Source: Myxococcota bacterium (lineage in GTDB: Bacteria; Myxococcota_A; Polyangia; Polyangiales; Sandaracinaceae). Taken from it: a stretch of DNA of 64,000 nucleotides. Each line of letters starts with the position of its first letter. Position 1 is the stretch's first letter. The DNA is taken from positions 1 through 64,000 of the forward strand of contig JAYZQJ010000204.1 in NCBI GenBank assembly GCA_036149055.1, in the 5' to 3' direction. Shown in pieces: positions 27,257 through 36,917 of the stretch. The position numbers and the translations under genes are program-made. Under the pieces are notes generated by a model. The model worked only from the letters and a program-made list of their open reading frames with translations. It did not search any database and was not told where the DNA came from.

Positions 27257-29509
27257 ATGGGCCGCGTCGTCCCTCTTCTCTTCACGCTCTCCCTGGGCTG
27301 TCAGGTCAGGACCCAGGCGGTCGTGCACGTCGACGCCGACCCGGTGGTCCGGGATCGCACCCGCTATCTCTGCGTCCGCACCTGGGCGGGACACGAGGAG
27401 GCGCGGACCGACTTTCGCGAGGAGTTCGCGGCCATCCCCGAGGCGATCGCCGGTCTCCCCACCTACGTCCCGGTCCACCCCGGACGCGGCGCGCCCGATC
27501 AGACCTTCACCTTCGAGGCGGCGGCGTGCGACGGGCCCGGCTGCGAGGGCTGCTTCGTCGACGCTCACTTCGGCGGCAGCTTCGACTCGGGGCGCGTGCG
27601 CAGCTACTTCCTGACTCTCGACGAGGCGTGCATCGGCGTGGGCTGCCCGCAGGGTCAGTCGTGCAACGAAGGGGTCTGCGTCGACTCGCGGCTCGACGAA
27701 GGAGAGACCGAGCTCCCGCTGCCCTCCGACGATCAGCCCGCCTTCTGCCGAGGCGCGCGCTGCCAGGAGCACCCGCGGCCGGGCACCCACCTCTACGCGA
27801 TGTGCGCGAGCGACGAAGACGCGTTCGTGGGCACCTCGGGCGGCGTCTTCAGGCGCGAAGGTCGGGCCTGGCTCTTCGAGCCGCTCCCCGCCCGGGACGA
27901 CGTCGAGAGCGTCGGCTGCCTGGGCGGCGGCCGGGCGGTCGCCGGAGACGCGCGGGGCCGGCTGTTCGAGCGTGACCCGGCCGGCGTGTGGACCGAGGTC
28001 ATGGGCGTCGGCGCCGGGCGCGCGCGGGTCGTGGCCGGCGGGGCCGAGGCCTGGGCGACGGTGGGCGAGGCGCTGCTCCGGCGCGAAGGCGAGGGCGCCT
28101 GGGCCCCCGCGCCGGCGCCCCCCGGGTCGGGCGCCGCCTCGCTCGCGCTCTCGCCCGACGGCGCCGAGCTCTGGGCGTGGCGCGCGAGCCCGCCCGCGCT
28201 CTTCCAGTGGGACGGCGCGAGCTGGGCCGCAGCCGCCGCGCCTCCCGAGGCGGACGAGCTCGGCCGCGCCACCTACGCAGACACCTTCGTCGTCACCTCG
28301 GTCGAGCTCGACGGGATGGGGCGCGCGGTCGCCGAGCGCTTCCATCGCTGGGTCGGCGGGTCCTGGGAGACCGAGCTCTTCGGCTGCCCCGACCGGTTCG
28401 TGTCGATGTCCGGCGTAGCCACCGGGGAGGTCCTGGGCGGGGCCGGACGCGGGCGCCTCATCTACCGCAGCGCCGCGGGCGAGTGGTCGTGCCCGACCGC
28501 GCTCGAGGGCGCGTGGCTCGGCGGCGCGGCCCTGCGGCGCGGCGGCGACGAGCCGCTCGGCTGGGTGGCGACCACCGAAGGCACGATCCAGGCGTGGGAC
28601 GGAACCCGGATCGTGCCCGAGGGCGCGCTCCTCTTCCGCGGCGCCCTGACCGACGTCGCCGCGACCGGCCCGGGGCGCTTCCTCGCGGTCGGGGAGCGCT
28701 CCCGGACGCACGGCGGCGGCCCGATCCTGCTCGAGCGGGTGGGCGAGACCCAGTGGCGGCAGCGTGGCCTCACCGGGGAGGGCGGCCTGGTCGCGCTCGC
28801 CGTCGACGGCGCCCGCGCGGTCGCTGTGGGGGAGCGCGGCTTCGTGCAGACGCGCGAGCTCGACGGACCGCTCCCCTGGGCGCGCACCGCGCTCGAGGCG
28901 CCGACGACGCGACTGACCCGGGTGGTGGCGCGGAGCGGCCTCTGGCTCGCGGCCGGCGACGACGAGCGCGGCGCCGACACCTTCGAGCCGCTGCTCCTCC
29001 AGCGCGCCGACGACGGGCGGTGGCTCCCGTTCCGCCCCGCGCCCCCGGCCGGCGTCTTCATCGGCGCGCTCGCGCTCGGTGAGGGCGACGAGGTCTGGAT
29101 CGGGGGCGCCACCCGGCTCGGCGACGGCGAGTGCACCGGCTACGCGATCCACCGTCACCGCGGCGGCGCGTGGGAGCGCGTCGCCGAGGCGCCCTGCGAG
29201 GTCACCGATCTCCACGTCCGGAGCGACGGCGCGGTGTGGGTGGCGGCGCAGGGGCTGCAGCTCTTGCGAGAAGGTCGCCTCGAGCCCGGCGGGGTCCTCG
29301 ACGGAGAGCCGGTCGAGCGCGTCTGGCTGGACGGCGACGCCGTGCGCGCCGCGCGCCTCTCGGGCGGCCGCTTCCGCGTCCTGCCGCCCGCCGGAGACCC
29401 GATTCCCTTCGCCTCGTCCGACGGCGTGCGGGCGTTCGCGCTCGACGAGGAGGGCGCGTTCGGGATCGCCCTCGGCGGCCTCCGCATCGAGCGGGTGAGG
29501 CTCGAGTGA
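27257..29509 (+). CDS. Lipoprotein with Cys-rich N-terminal region and beta-propeller-like repeats (paralogue 1)
   Basis: Lipobox SLGC; CIGVGCPQGQSCNEGVC; repeated WDG..W and AVGERG motifs. Confidence 0.7.
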   Translation: MGRVVPLLFTLSLGCQVRTQAVVHVDADPVVRDRTRYLCVRTWAGHEEARTDFREEFAAIPEAIAGLPTYVPVHPGRGAPDQTFTFEAAACDGPGCEGCFVDAHFGGSFDSGRVRSYFLTLDEACIGVGCPQGQSCNEGVCVDSRLDEGETELPLPSDDQPAFCRGARCQEHPRPGTHLYAMCASDEDAFVGTSGGVFRREGRAWLFEPLPARDDVESVGCLGGGRAVAGDARGRLFERDPAGVWTEVMGVGAGRARVVAGGAEAWATVGEALLRREGEGAWAPAPAPPGSGAASLALSPDGAELWAWRASPPALFQWDGASWAAAAAPPEADELGRATYADTFVVTSVELDGMGRAVAERFHRWVGGSWETELFGCPDRFVSMSGVATGEVLGGAGRGRLIYRSAAGEWSCPTALEGAWLGGAALRRGGDEPLGWVATTEGTIQAWDGTRIVPEGALLFRGALTDVAATGPGRFLAVGERSRTHGGGPILLERVGETQWRQRGLTGEGGLVALAVDGARAVAVGERGFVQTRELDGPLPWARTALEAPTTRLTRVVARSGLWLAAGDDERGADTFEPLLLQRADDGRWLPFRPAPPAGVFIGALALGEGDEVWIGGATRLGDGECTGYAIHRHRGGAWERVAEAPCEVTDLHVRSDGAVWVAAQGLQLLREGRLEPGGVLDGEPVERVWLDGDAVRAARLSGGRFRVLPPAGDPIPFASSDGVRAFALDEEGAFGIALGGLRIERVRLE

Positions 29510-31722
29510 CGCGCTGGCTCCCCCTGCTGCTCCTGCTCGCCGCCTGCAACCCACCCACGCAGGTGCTGGTCACGGTGACCGCGGACGCCCAGGTGGAGTC
29601 GCGCACCCGCTACATCTGCGTGCGCACCTGGGTCGGGCTCGGCGAGGGGCGCCGATCGATCTCCGAGCCGGAGCTGGCGCCGGTGCCCGAGGCGGTCCCC
29701 GGCTTCCCCACGCTGATCCCGCTGTGGCCGGGCCCGAACGGCGCGCCCGACGAGACCTTCACCTTCGAGGTGTCCGCCTGCGACGGGCCGTGCGAGGCGT
29801 GCTTCGTGTCCGGCGGCTTCTCCGCGAAGTTCCTGCCCGGCGCGCGCCGCGAGCTCACCGTGCACCTCGGCGCCGAGTGCGTCGGCGTGAGCTGCGAGCT
29901 CGGCCGGACCTGCCGCGACGGCGTCTGCGTGGACGAGTTCGTCGACGACACCGCCACCGAGCTGCCGCTCCCCTCCGACGCGCAGCCCGCGCGCTGCGCC
30001 GGTCCACGATGCCAGGAGCACCCGCGCCCCGGCGCGTACGTCCTCTCGGTGTGCCTCTCGGGGGGCGAGGCCTTCGCCGGCGCGTCCGGCGGGGTGCTGC
30101 GCCGCGACGGAGGCGTCTGGCACTTCGAGCCGATCGAGGGCGCCGGAGACGTCAACAGCGTCGCCTGCCTCGGCGGCGGGCGCGTCGTCGCGGGCGCGCA
30201 GCGGGGCGTCCTGCTCGAGCGCGACCCGGAAGGCACCTGGACGAGCCTCTCCACCGGAGCCGCCGCGTCCGCCCGGGTCACCCACGGCGGCGCCGAGCTC
30301 TGGGCGACCGACGGCGTCGCGATCCACCGCCGCGACGGGCCCGGCGCCTGGTCGAGCGTCCCGGCGCCTCCCGGCGGCGTCTCCGGGAAGCTGGTGATCT
30401 CCCCCGCCGGCGATCAGGTCTGGTGGGTGCGCCACGATCCGGTCGACCTGCATCGCTGGGACGGCGCGACCTGGAGCCCGGTCGCCGGCCCGGTCGGGGC
30501 GGAGGGCGTGCTCGCGTCGACGTTCTCGGACGGGCTCGTCCTGATCTCCGGCGACGCGCCGGACCGTCGCCTGTACCGCTGGGACGGCGCGACCTGGAGC
30601 GAGGAGGACGTCGCGTGCGGCTTCGTCGGTCTGCCGGCGCTCGTCGGGCTGCCCACCGGTGAGCTCTTCGGGGGCGGCGGGCGCGGCTCCCTGGTCTACC
30701 GGAGCGCGGACGGCGACTGGCGCTGCTTCGGCCACCTCTCGGGCGCGGCCCACCGCGGCGCGGCGCTCGAGCGCGACGCCGAGGGGCTCCATGGGCTGCT
30801 CGTGACGATGGAGGGCACGATCTCGGCCTGGGACGGGGAGCGGCTGCGGCGAGAGGGCGCGCAGCAGTTCCAGGGGGACCTCGAGGACGTCGCGGCGCTG
30901 CCGGGGCGGGAGCGTTTCGTCGCGGTGGGCGACGAGCGCGGCGTCCCGCTGATCGTCGAGCGGCTGGGGGACGACCGCTGGCGAGTGCGTCGCGTGGACG
31001 GGGCGGCCGGCCTGACCCGCGTCGCGGCCGACGCGCGCGAGGCCATCGCGGTCGGCGAGCGCGGCGTCCTGCATCTGCGCGACTACACCGACGGCCTCGG
31101 CTGGCGTCGGGCCCCGATCGAGCCGGACGTGCGGCTGGATCGGATCGCGACCCGAGCCGGCCACTGGGCGGGGAGCGGCGGCGCGACGCGCGAGGGCGGC
31201 GGCTCCGACCCAGTGGTCCTCCGGCGCGACGGCGACACCTGGCGCCGGGTCTCCGCGCCGCCGATCGGCGACGCCTCGATCTCGGCGCTGACGATCGGGC
31301 CGGGCGGCGAGCTGTGGATCGGGACCACGCCGGCCGGCGACGACGCGTGCGCGGGCGGGGCGGTCCTCCGCGAGGCCGGCGGCGCCTGGGCGACCGTGAT
31401 CGACGTGCCCTGCGCGGTCACCGACCTCCACGTCGACGACGACCGCGCCGCGTGGATCGTGGCCGGCGCGCTCTACCGCGTGGACGAGGGAGGCGCGGCC
31501 GAGACCCGAGCCCTCGAGGGCTTCGACCGGGAGCTGCGCCGCGTCTGGCGGGTCGACGGTGAGGTCCGCGCCGCGTGGGCGACGTCGGGGCAGTTCTGGA
31601 TCCGCCGCGGCTCGGGGATCACGACGATGCCGGGCTACTTCGGGGCGCGCGCCTTCGCCGCCGACGGGCCGCTCGCCATCACCGCGGGCCGGCGGCGCAT
31701 CGACCGCTTCTCCCTCGAGTGA
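29506..31722 (+). CDS. Lipoprotein with Cys-rich N-terminal region and beta-propeller-like repeats (paralogue 2)
   Basis: Lipobox LAAC; co-linear with paralogue 1 (RTRYxCVRTW, RCQEHPRPG, VTDLHV); GTGA overlap with the upstream stop. Confidence 0.7.
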   Translation: MTRWLPLLLLLAACNPPTQVLVTVTADAQVESRTRYICVRTWVGLGEGRRSISEPELAPVPEAVPGFPTLIPLWPGPNGAPDETFTFEVSACDGPCEACFVSGGFSAKFLPGARRELTVHLGAECVGVSCELGRTCRDGVCVDEFVDDTATELPLPSDAQPARCAGPRCQEHPRPGAYVLSVCLSGGEAFAGASGGVLRRDGGVWHFEPIEGAGDVNSVACLGGGRVVAGAQRGVLLERDPEGTWTSLSTGAAASARVTHGGAELWATDGVAIHRRDGPGAWSSVPAPPGGVSGKLVISPAGDQVWWVRHDPVDLHRWDGATWSPVAGPVGAEGVLASTFSDGLVLISGDAPDRRLYRWDGATWSEEDVACGFVGLPALVGLPTGELFGGGGRGSLVYRSADGDWRCFGHLSGAAHRGAALERDAEGLHGLLVTMEGTISAWDGERLRREGAQQFQGDLEDVAALPGRERFVAVGDERGVPLIVERLGDDRWRVRRVDGAAGLTRVAADAREAIAVGERGVLHLRDYTDGLGWRRAPIEPDVRLDRIATRAGHWAGSGGATREGGGSDPVVLRRDGDTWRRVSAPPIGDASISALTIGPGGELWIGTTPAGDDACAGGAVLREAGGAWATVIDVPCAVTDLHVDDDRAAWIVAGALYRVDEGGAAETRALEGFDRELRRVWRVDGEVRAAWATSGQFWIRRGSGITTMPGYFGARAFAADGPLAITAGRRRIDRFSLE

Positions 31723-31732
31723 GGCGCCGCGC

Positions 31733-32602
31733 TCAGGTCCACGCCGCCGGCTCGGGCACCCGCTGGAGCGCCTCGAGCAGCGCCCGCGCGTCCTCGAAGC
31801 GGTCGGCCGCCTTCTTGGCCAGCGCCTTGTCGAGCGCGGCCTGCAGCGCCGGCTGCACCGCGAGCCCCGGGCGCGCCTCCGCGAGCGGCGGCACCGGGGA
31901 CAGCACGTGCGCCCGGATCATGCTCGCCCTCGACTCGTGCACGAACGGCGGGTGCCCGGCGAGCAGCTCGTAGAGCAGCACCCCCGCCGCGTACACGTCC
32001 GAGCGCGCGTCCACCCGGCTGCCGAGCCCCTGCTCCGGCGGCATGTACGCCGGCGTGCCGAGCACCGTGCCCTCGTTGGTCAGGGTCGCGTGCGCGCCCC
32101 AGCGCTCCGAGTCCGTGAACCTCGCGAGCCCGAAGTCGAGCAGCTTGGGGTGCAGCTTGGCGCACTGGAGCACCGCGACGAACACGTTGGCCGGCTTGAC
32201 GTCGCGGTGCAATACGCCGTGCGTGTGTGCGTGTGAGAGCCCGGCGACCACGCCCATCCCGATCTCGAACGCGACCGGCAGGGGCAGCGGCTTCTTCTCC
32301 AGCATCTGGTCCAGCGCGAGCCCGGTGAGCAGCTCCATCACCGTGTACGGCGTCTTCTCGTGGACCCCGAAGTCGAGGATGCGGATCAGGTGCGGGTGGC
32401 TTAGCCCGTTGAGCGCGCGTGCCTCGCGCTCGAAGCGCTCGCGCATCTCGGCCCGCTGGCCCAGCGCCGGGTCGAGCAGCTTCACCGCCACCGCCCGGCC
32501 GGCGTCGTCGGTCGCCCGGTACACCGTCCCCGCGCCGCCGCCTCCCAGCCGCGAGACGAGGGTGTAGCGGCCATCGATCACCGTGCCCGAGGCGTCCTTC
32601 AC
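31733..32602 (-). CDS. Eukaryote-like Ser/Thr protein kinase (catalytic domain only)
   Basis: LGGGGAGTVY, VAVK, HRDVKPAN, DFG, GTPAYMPPEQ, SDVY. Confidence 0.95.
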   Translation of the reverse strand: MKDASGTVIDGRYTLVSRLGGGGAGTVYRATDDAGRAVAVKLLDPALGQRAEMRERFEREARALNGLSHPHLIRILDFGVHEKTPYTVMELLTGLALDQMLEKKPLPLPVAFEIGMGVVAGLSHAHTHGVLHRDVKPANVFVAVLQCAKLHPKLLDFGLARFTDSERWGAHATLTNEGTVLGTPAYMPPEQGLGSRVDARSDVYAAGVLLYELLAGHPPFVHESRASMIRAHVLSPVPPLAEARPGLAVQPALQAALDKALAKKAADRFEDARALLEALQRVPEPAAWT

Positions 32603-32660
32603 GGCCGCAAAGATAGCAGGCGACGTGGATCGATCGCGGTGACGACCTCATGTTGAAGTC

Positions 32661-33569
32661 ATGAGCAGCAGCGTCGCCCCGCCACCCCTGATCCACGTGG
32701 GCGGGAGCACGCTCGTCCCCCTCCGCCGCCCGCGTCACGCCGAGGTCACCCGCCACGAGCAGCGCGACGTCACCGTGCACGGCCTGCGCTTGCGCTACAT
32801 CGACGTCGCGCCCAGCGGCCACGAGGACGACGAGCCCATCCTCCTGATCCACGGCCACTCCTCTCGGCTCGAGGAGTACGAGGACCTCATCCCGCACCTC
32901 GGCGCCCGCCGGCGCGTGCTGGTCCCCGACCTCCCGGGCAGCGGCTACTCCGACAAACCCGACCGCGACTACGACCTCGCGCTCTTCGAGGACACTCTCC
33001 TCGGCTTCCTCGACGCGGTCGGGGTGAAGCGCGCCCACCTCGGCGGCGGCAGCCTGGGCGGCAACCTCGTCCTGCGCCTCGGCCACCGCGAGCCGGAGCG
33101 CTTCGACCGCCTCGCCGCCTGGGCCCCGGCCGGCAGCTGGGATCCGATGCATCACTGGGCGCTGTTCGGCCGGGTGATGAAGCGCCTCCGCTTCATGTTC
33201 TGGCCCTGCCTCTGGGTGCAGTCCCGCTTCTGGTTCCGCCGCGACTGGGAGGGCCGCGACGCCGCGCTCGAGGCGGCCTGGACCTACTACCGCGAGGTCT
33301 ACGGCGCGGGCTTCCACCGCATGTACTGGGACATCGGCGTCGACCAGGCGCGCCAGAGCCTCTTCGACCGCGCCCACGAGATCCCGCACGAGACCTGGCT
33401 CGCCTACGGCGATCAGGACAAAGCGCTGAACATGGACCGCGGCGTCCAGCGCCTCGCCACCCTGCTCCCCAACGTGAAGCTCCGCGTCTTCGAAGGCGCC
33501 CGCCACTCGCTCGCCAACGAGGTCCCCGAGGAGCTCGGCCGCGAGGTCGACGAGTTCCTCGCCCGCTGA
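32661..33569 (+). CDS. Alpha/beta fold hydrolase
   Basis: LIHG, DLPGSGYS, GGSLGG nucleophile elbow, GDQD, ARH. Confidence 0.9.
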   Translation: MSSSVAPPPLIHVGGSTLVPLRRPRHAEVTRHEQRDVTVHGLRLRYIDVAPSGHEDDEPILLIHGHSSRLEEYEDLIPHLGARRRVLVPDLPGSGYSDKPDRDYDLALFEDTLLGFLDAVGVKRAHLGGGSLGGNLVLRLGHREPERFDRLAAWAPAGSWDPMHHWALFGRVMKRLRFMFWPCLWVQSRFWFRRDWEGRDAALEAAWTYYREVYGAGFHRMYWDIGVDQARQSLFDRAHEIPHETWLAYGDQDKALNMDRGVQRLATLLPNVKLRVFEGARHSLANEVPEELGREVDEFLAR

Positions 33570-33582
33570 CCCGCTCGCGCTC

Positions 33583-34119
33583 TCAAAGCCGCGAGACGCG
33601 GCGGGCCGGCAAGGGATGGGGCAGCGAGAGATCCTCGGGGGCCCCCTCGAGCGACCGGCCCGAGCGGGCGCAGGCGTAGCCGACGAGCTGATCGGGGGTG
33701 AGCGCGACGTGCAGCCGCGCGTCGTCCTGGAACCACGCGTCCGGCCAGAAGATGAGATCGCTGACCTCGGCTCCCGGGAAGTTGGCCTCCAGCGTCTGCA
33801 TCACCGCGCTCGTGACCGCCGGATCGAGCTCCGCGCGCGCGACCGCCCCCATCGCCGCGCTCGCCTCCTCGAACCGCAGGTCCTCGAGGCGCCCCACCGG
33901 CTGGAGCAGCGCTTCCCGCACGAACGTCCGCACATCCATCGAGCCGTCGTAGGTCGCGAGCTCGACAGCCTCGTAGGCGCGGTGCGCGCCCGCGTTCCAC
34001 TCCTCCATCAGCCCCGCCACGTCCCCTCCGGTCGAGACCGTCGCCTCGATCTCGCGCGCGAGCGCGACGAACCGCTCGACCGTGTCTCCCTCGATCGCCG
34101 ACGGAAGGAGTCTCTCCAT
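33583..34119 (-). CDS. Protein with C-terminal colicin/pyocin immunity-like domain
   Basis: LEANFPGAEVSDLIFWP resembles the P..SDLIYYP helix III motif of colicin E DNase immunity proteins; TATGAT 6 nt upstream of the ATG. Confidence 0.55.
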   Translation of the reverse strand: MERLLPSAIEGDTVERFVALAREIEATVSTGGDVAGLMEEWNAGAHRAYEAVELATYDGSMDVRTFVREALLQPVGRLEDLRFEEASAAMGAVARAELDPAVTSAVMQTLEANFPGAEVSDLIFWPDAWFQDDARLHVALTPDQLVGYACARSGRSLEGAPEDLSLPHPLPARRVSRL

Positions 34120-34260
34120 CACCGCATCATAGCGCCTGGGCTGGCTCCCCCTCGACCGCACATCGCAAGACGCGCTCCGCGCGCCAGCTCGACGCCCGGC
34201 GTGGACCTCGTGACGCCCCGCTGGCCGGCTACCGTCACATCTGGCAGAACGCGATCAGAG

Positions 34261-34479
34261 ATGAGCCGCTCGTTCCCGATCGATGTCTGGGGCCGCGTCA
34301 CGGCGGACGCCCGTCCTACCCACGTCATGGTGACGCGCGCCGGGTCGAGCGGGTACCTGCTGCTCCAGCGAGAGGACGGCGGGACGTTCGACATATGGTT
34401 GGAGACCGAGGAAGAGGTCGCGGAGGCGCTCGCCGAGCTCGCGCCGCGCTGGGAGTCCAGAGATGTCGGCAAGGCGTGA
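34261..34479 (+). CDS. Small hypothetical protein (72 aa)
   Basis: ATG 34261; acidic C-terminus FDIWLETEEEV; lies in a visibly lower-GC patch. Confidence 0.45.
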   Translation: MSRSFPIDVWGRVTADARPTHVMVTRAGSSGYLLLQREDGGTFDIWLETEEEVAEALAELAPRWESRDVGKA

Positions 34480-34708
34480 GGTAGAGGAGTTCGTCGGTCG
34501 GGCGCTGCGTCAGTTTGGCTGCACGCTGGACGGCGTCGCGCGGGATGCGCCAATCGGTCGAGTGTTCGGGGAGGACGCGCTGGACCTCGTGCTCTACCTG
34601 GAGGAGTTCTACGATCTCGACCTCGCCGACAACCTCTCGCTAGATCAGTGCATCGCCGAGATCGCGCGTCAGGTCGACGCGCGCGGGTACGGGGTCGTCT
34701 ACGACTGA
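34463..34708 (+). CDS. Small acidic acyl-carrier-protein-like protein lacking the attachment Ser
   Basis: FGEDALDLVLYLEEFYDLDL resembles ACP LGxDSLDxVE..LEExF with Ala at the Ser position; GGGAG upstream. Confidence 0.45.
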   Translation: MSARREVEEFVGRALRQFGCTLDGVARDAPIGRVFGEDALDLVLYLEEFYDLDLADNLSLDQCIAEIARQVDARGYGVVYD

Positions 34709-34752
34709 GGGGTCTCCGCGGATGCACCGTCGGCGGGTGGACGGCGCGAGGG

Positions 34753-36039
34753 TCAGTCCTCGGCGCAGGCCTCGCGGATCTGTGCGTAGACGGCGGGGTG
34801 GTTCTGGAGCTGGTGGTGCATCACGCCGCCGTAGCGCCGGGTGTCGATCACGAAGTGCGACTCCCGCTTCAGAGGGCCGCTGGCGCTCGGGATGCGCACC
34901 AGCAGATCCCCGATGAGCTGCCCGACCGCGTGGTCCGGGTTCTCGGTGATCGTGGCCGAGACGAAGTAGTGGCTCGCGTGCGGCAGTAGCGGCGCGTCCG
35001 AGGCGACCTCGGGGGGCGGGCCGAGCCAGTCCTCGTCGATCACGGAGCCGAGGCGGAGGTCCTTGATGCCGTCGCTCCGGTTCGCGAGGATGCGCGCGAC
35101 CACCTTGGTCCCGGGGAGATCGACCGCGTCGAGCACGTCGGTCAGCGCGTGACCCAGCTTCGCGAGCGGCGCGCCCTGGTGGGGGCTGCCCAGATAGAAC
35201 ACGCGGCGCACCCGCGCGGGCCACGCGAAGCCGGCCTCCACCCCGTAGTGGCACGCGCTCCGCGTCACGAGGCCGCCCATGCTGTGGCCGAGGATCGTCA
35301 GGTCGTCGATCGGCACCGGGTACGCGTCGACCAGCTGCTCGAGCAGCTCGGCGAGGCGGCGGCCGTTCTGCGAGACGCGGCGGCCGGTGTTGTAGCGGAG
35401 GAACACCGGCGTGTAGCCGAGGTCACGCGCCATCAGCACGCCGAAGCAGGTCGACGGATCGCCGTGGTAGGCCTCCGCCTCGAGGCACCACGACCACTCG
35501 GTCGTCCCGAGGCCGTGCACGAAGAGGGCGACCTTCGGCGAGGGCGCGTCCAGCTGGGCGGCGAGCGTCTCCCGGTCGAGCGCGACGTAGCGGTCGCCGA
35601 TCCGGAAGGCCATGTCGAGGTCGAGCCCGTTCCGCCGGGCGCCGAGGTGATCACCGACCGCCGCGTTGACCAGCCCGAGCGCCGCGTCCGCGACCCAGGC
35701 TCCGCTCGACGTCGTGTCGGAGCGCATCGGCAGCGCCTCGATCACCCGGTCCTCGGCGGTCCCCTCCACCGCGTCGAGCGCGACGTCGGTCACCGCCTCG
35801 ACCGTGCGGTTCACGAGCTTGACCGTGCCCAGCACGCCGCGCGTCCCGAGCCGCCGCACCTCGTCGATCACCCGCGCCGGTCGCCGGAGCGGCGGCACCT
35901 GATCGGTCACCGCGGTCACGTTCCGCGCGGTCGACTCGTGCCCGAGCTCCACGAGGTCGGTCGTCGCGTCCACCGCGTCGTGCACCAGCGACTTCAGCCC
36001 CCGCCACCGCCGGAGCCCCTCTTTGCCCAGCTTGCCCAC
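34753..36039 (-). CDS. Lipase/PGAP1-like alpha/beta hydrolase
   Basis: FVHGL, RYNTG, GHSMGGL, LGSPHQGAPL, GDLLV; GTG 36039 with TATGCT 7 nt upstream. Confidence 0.85.
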   Translation of the reverse strand: MGKLGKEGLRRWRGLKSLVHDAVDATTDLVELGHESTARNVTAVTDQVPPLRRPARVIDEVRRLGTRGVLGTVKLVNRTVEAVTDVALDAVEGTAEDRVIEALPMRSDTTSSGAWVADAALGLVNAAVGDHLGARRNGLDLDMAFRIGDRYVALDRETLAAQLDAPSPKVALFVHGLGTTEWSWCLEAEAYHGDPSTCFGVLMARDLGYTPVFLRYNTGRRVSQNGRRLAELLEQLVDAYPVPIDDLTILGHSMGGLVTRSACHYGVEAGFAWPARVRRVFYLGSPHQGAPLAKLGHALTDVLDAVDLPGTKVVARILANRSDGIKDLRLGSVIDEDWLGPPPEVASDAPLLPHASHYFVSATITENPDHAVGQLIGDLLVRIPSASGPLKRESHFVIDTRRYGGVMHHQLQNHPAVYAQIREACAED

Positions 36040-36206
36040 GCCGGAGAGCATAGAGCGCCTCGGGCCGGAGCCCCAGTCACCCATCGGCGTCCGGGGCATC
36101 ACGAGCCGAGCTCCCAACCCGAGCTGGTACTGTGGAGCCCCGGCAGCGCGTGCGACGGTCGGGTCGACCCGGGCGAATGCGGCGTCCTCGAGACACCGGA
36201 GAGGTC

Positions 36207-36671
36207 ATGTTCGAGAAGGATGAGCTCGAGGGTTGGCTCGCGGGCTACGAGGCGAGGGAGATGGATGCGTGGCTCGCCCAGCATCCCGGCGTCATCATGC
36301 CCGCCGAGCTTCGTCGTATGTGGCGAACCGCAAGGTACGGCAGGGTAGGGAGCAAGACCGAGACCGCCGTCCTCGAGATGCGGCTTGGCGGAAGGACGTC
36401 CGAGCTGGAGATACTCCCCCTCTTTCGTCTCGAAGGACGGCTCGGGCTCCATGCTACGAGCGTCGACGCGGTCTACGAGACGACGAAGCCAGGCGTTGGA
36501 GCTGACTATCGACCCTTCATGCTGGACGGTCTGGGCAACGTGCTGCTCTGGGACGCGAGCGTCGTCGACGGGGAAGTCATCTTCCTGGATAGAACGCATT
36601 GGAGAGCGTTCTCGGTCTGCGGCCACGTGGGTGAGCTTCGCAGCCTGCTGAAGCTGGCTCCGCGTTACTGA
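36207..36671 (+). CDS. SMI1/KNR4 (SUKH)-like immunity protein
   Basis: GVIMPAELRRMW and PFMLDGLGNVLLWD..GEVIFLD pattern; GAGG upstream; more A/T-ending codons than neighbours. Confidence 0.55.
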   Translation: MFEKDELEGWLAGYEAREMDAWLAQHPGVIMPAELRRMWRTARYGRVGSKTETAVLEMRLGGRTSELEILPLFRLEGRLGLHATSVDAVYETTKPGVGADYRPFMLDGLGNVLLWDASVVDGEVIFLDRTHWRAFSVCGHVGELRSLLKLAPRY

Positions 36672-36683
36672 AACACCCCGAGC

Positions 36684-36917
36684 TCAGGCGAACACGTCGG
36701 CCAGGTTGCCCGCGGTCAGGACGCGCTCGGCCCAGAGGTCCAGGTCGGCCTCGGTGGCGCCGCGGACGCGCGTCACGGTGTCGGCGTCGAGCTCGCCGAA
36801 CTTGAGCCGGAGCTGCTTGAGCACCAGCTCCGCCCCGCGCTCCGCGCGCCCCTCCGCGCGCCCTTCGAGTCGCCCCTCTTCGCGCTTCTTTCGCGCCAGC
36901 ATCTCTTCGAGCTCCAT
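36684..36917 (-). CDS. Candidate internally initiated small Rpn product (RpnS-like, 77 aa)
   Basis: In-frame ATG at 36917 preceded by GGAG (36927-36924) at 6-nt spacing, just before the EGRxEG repeats. Confidence 0.5.
   Translation of the reverse strand: MELEEMLARKKREEGRLEGRAEGRAERGAELVLKQLRLKFGELDADTVTRVRGATEADLDLWAERVLTAGNLADVFA

Noticed and set aside
36050..36206. Possible toxin-gene remnant upstream of the SUKH-like gene
   Set aside because: No recognisable nuclease or toxin motif in any frame that I could support
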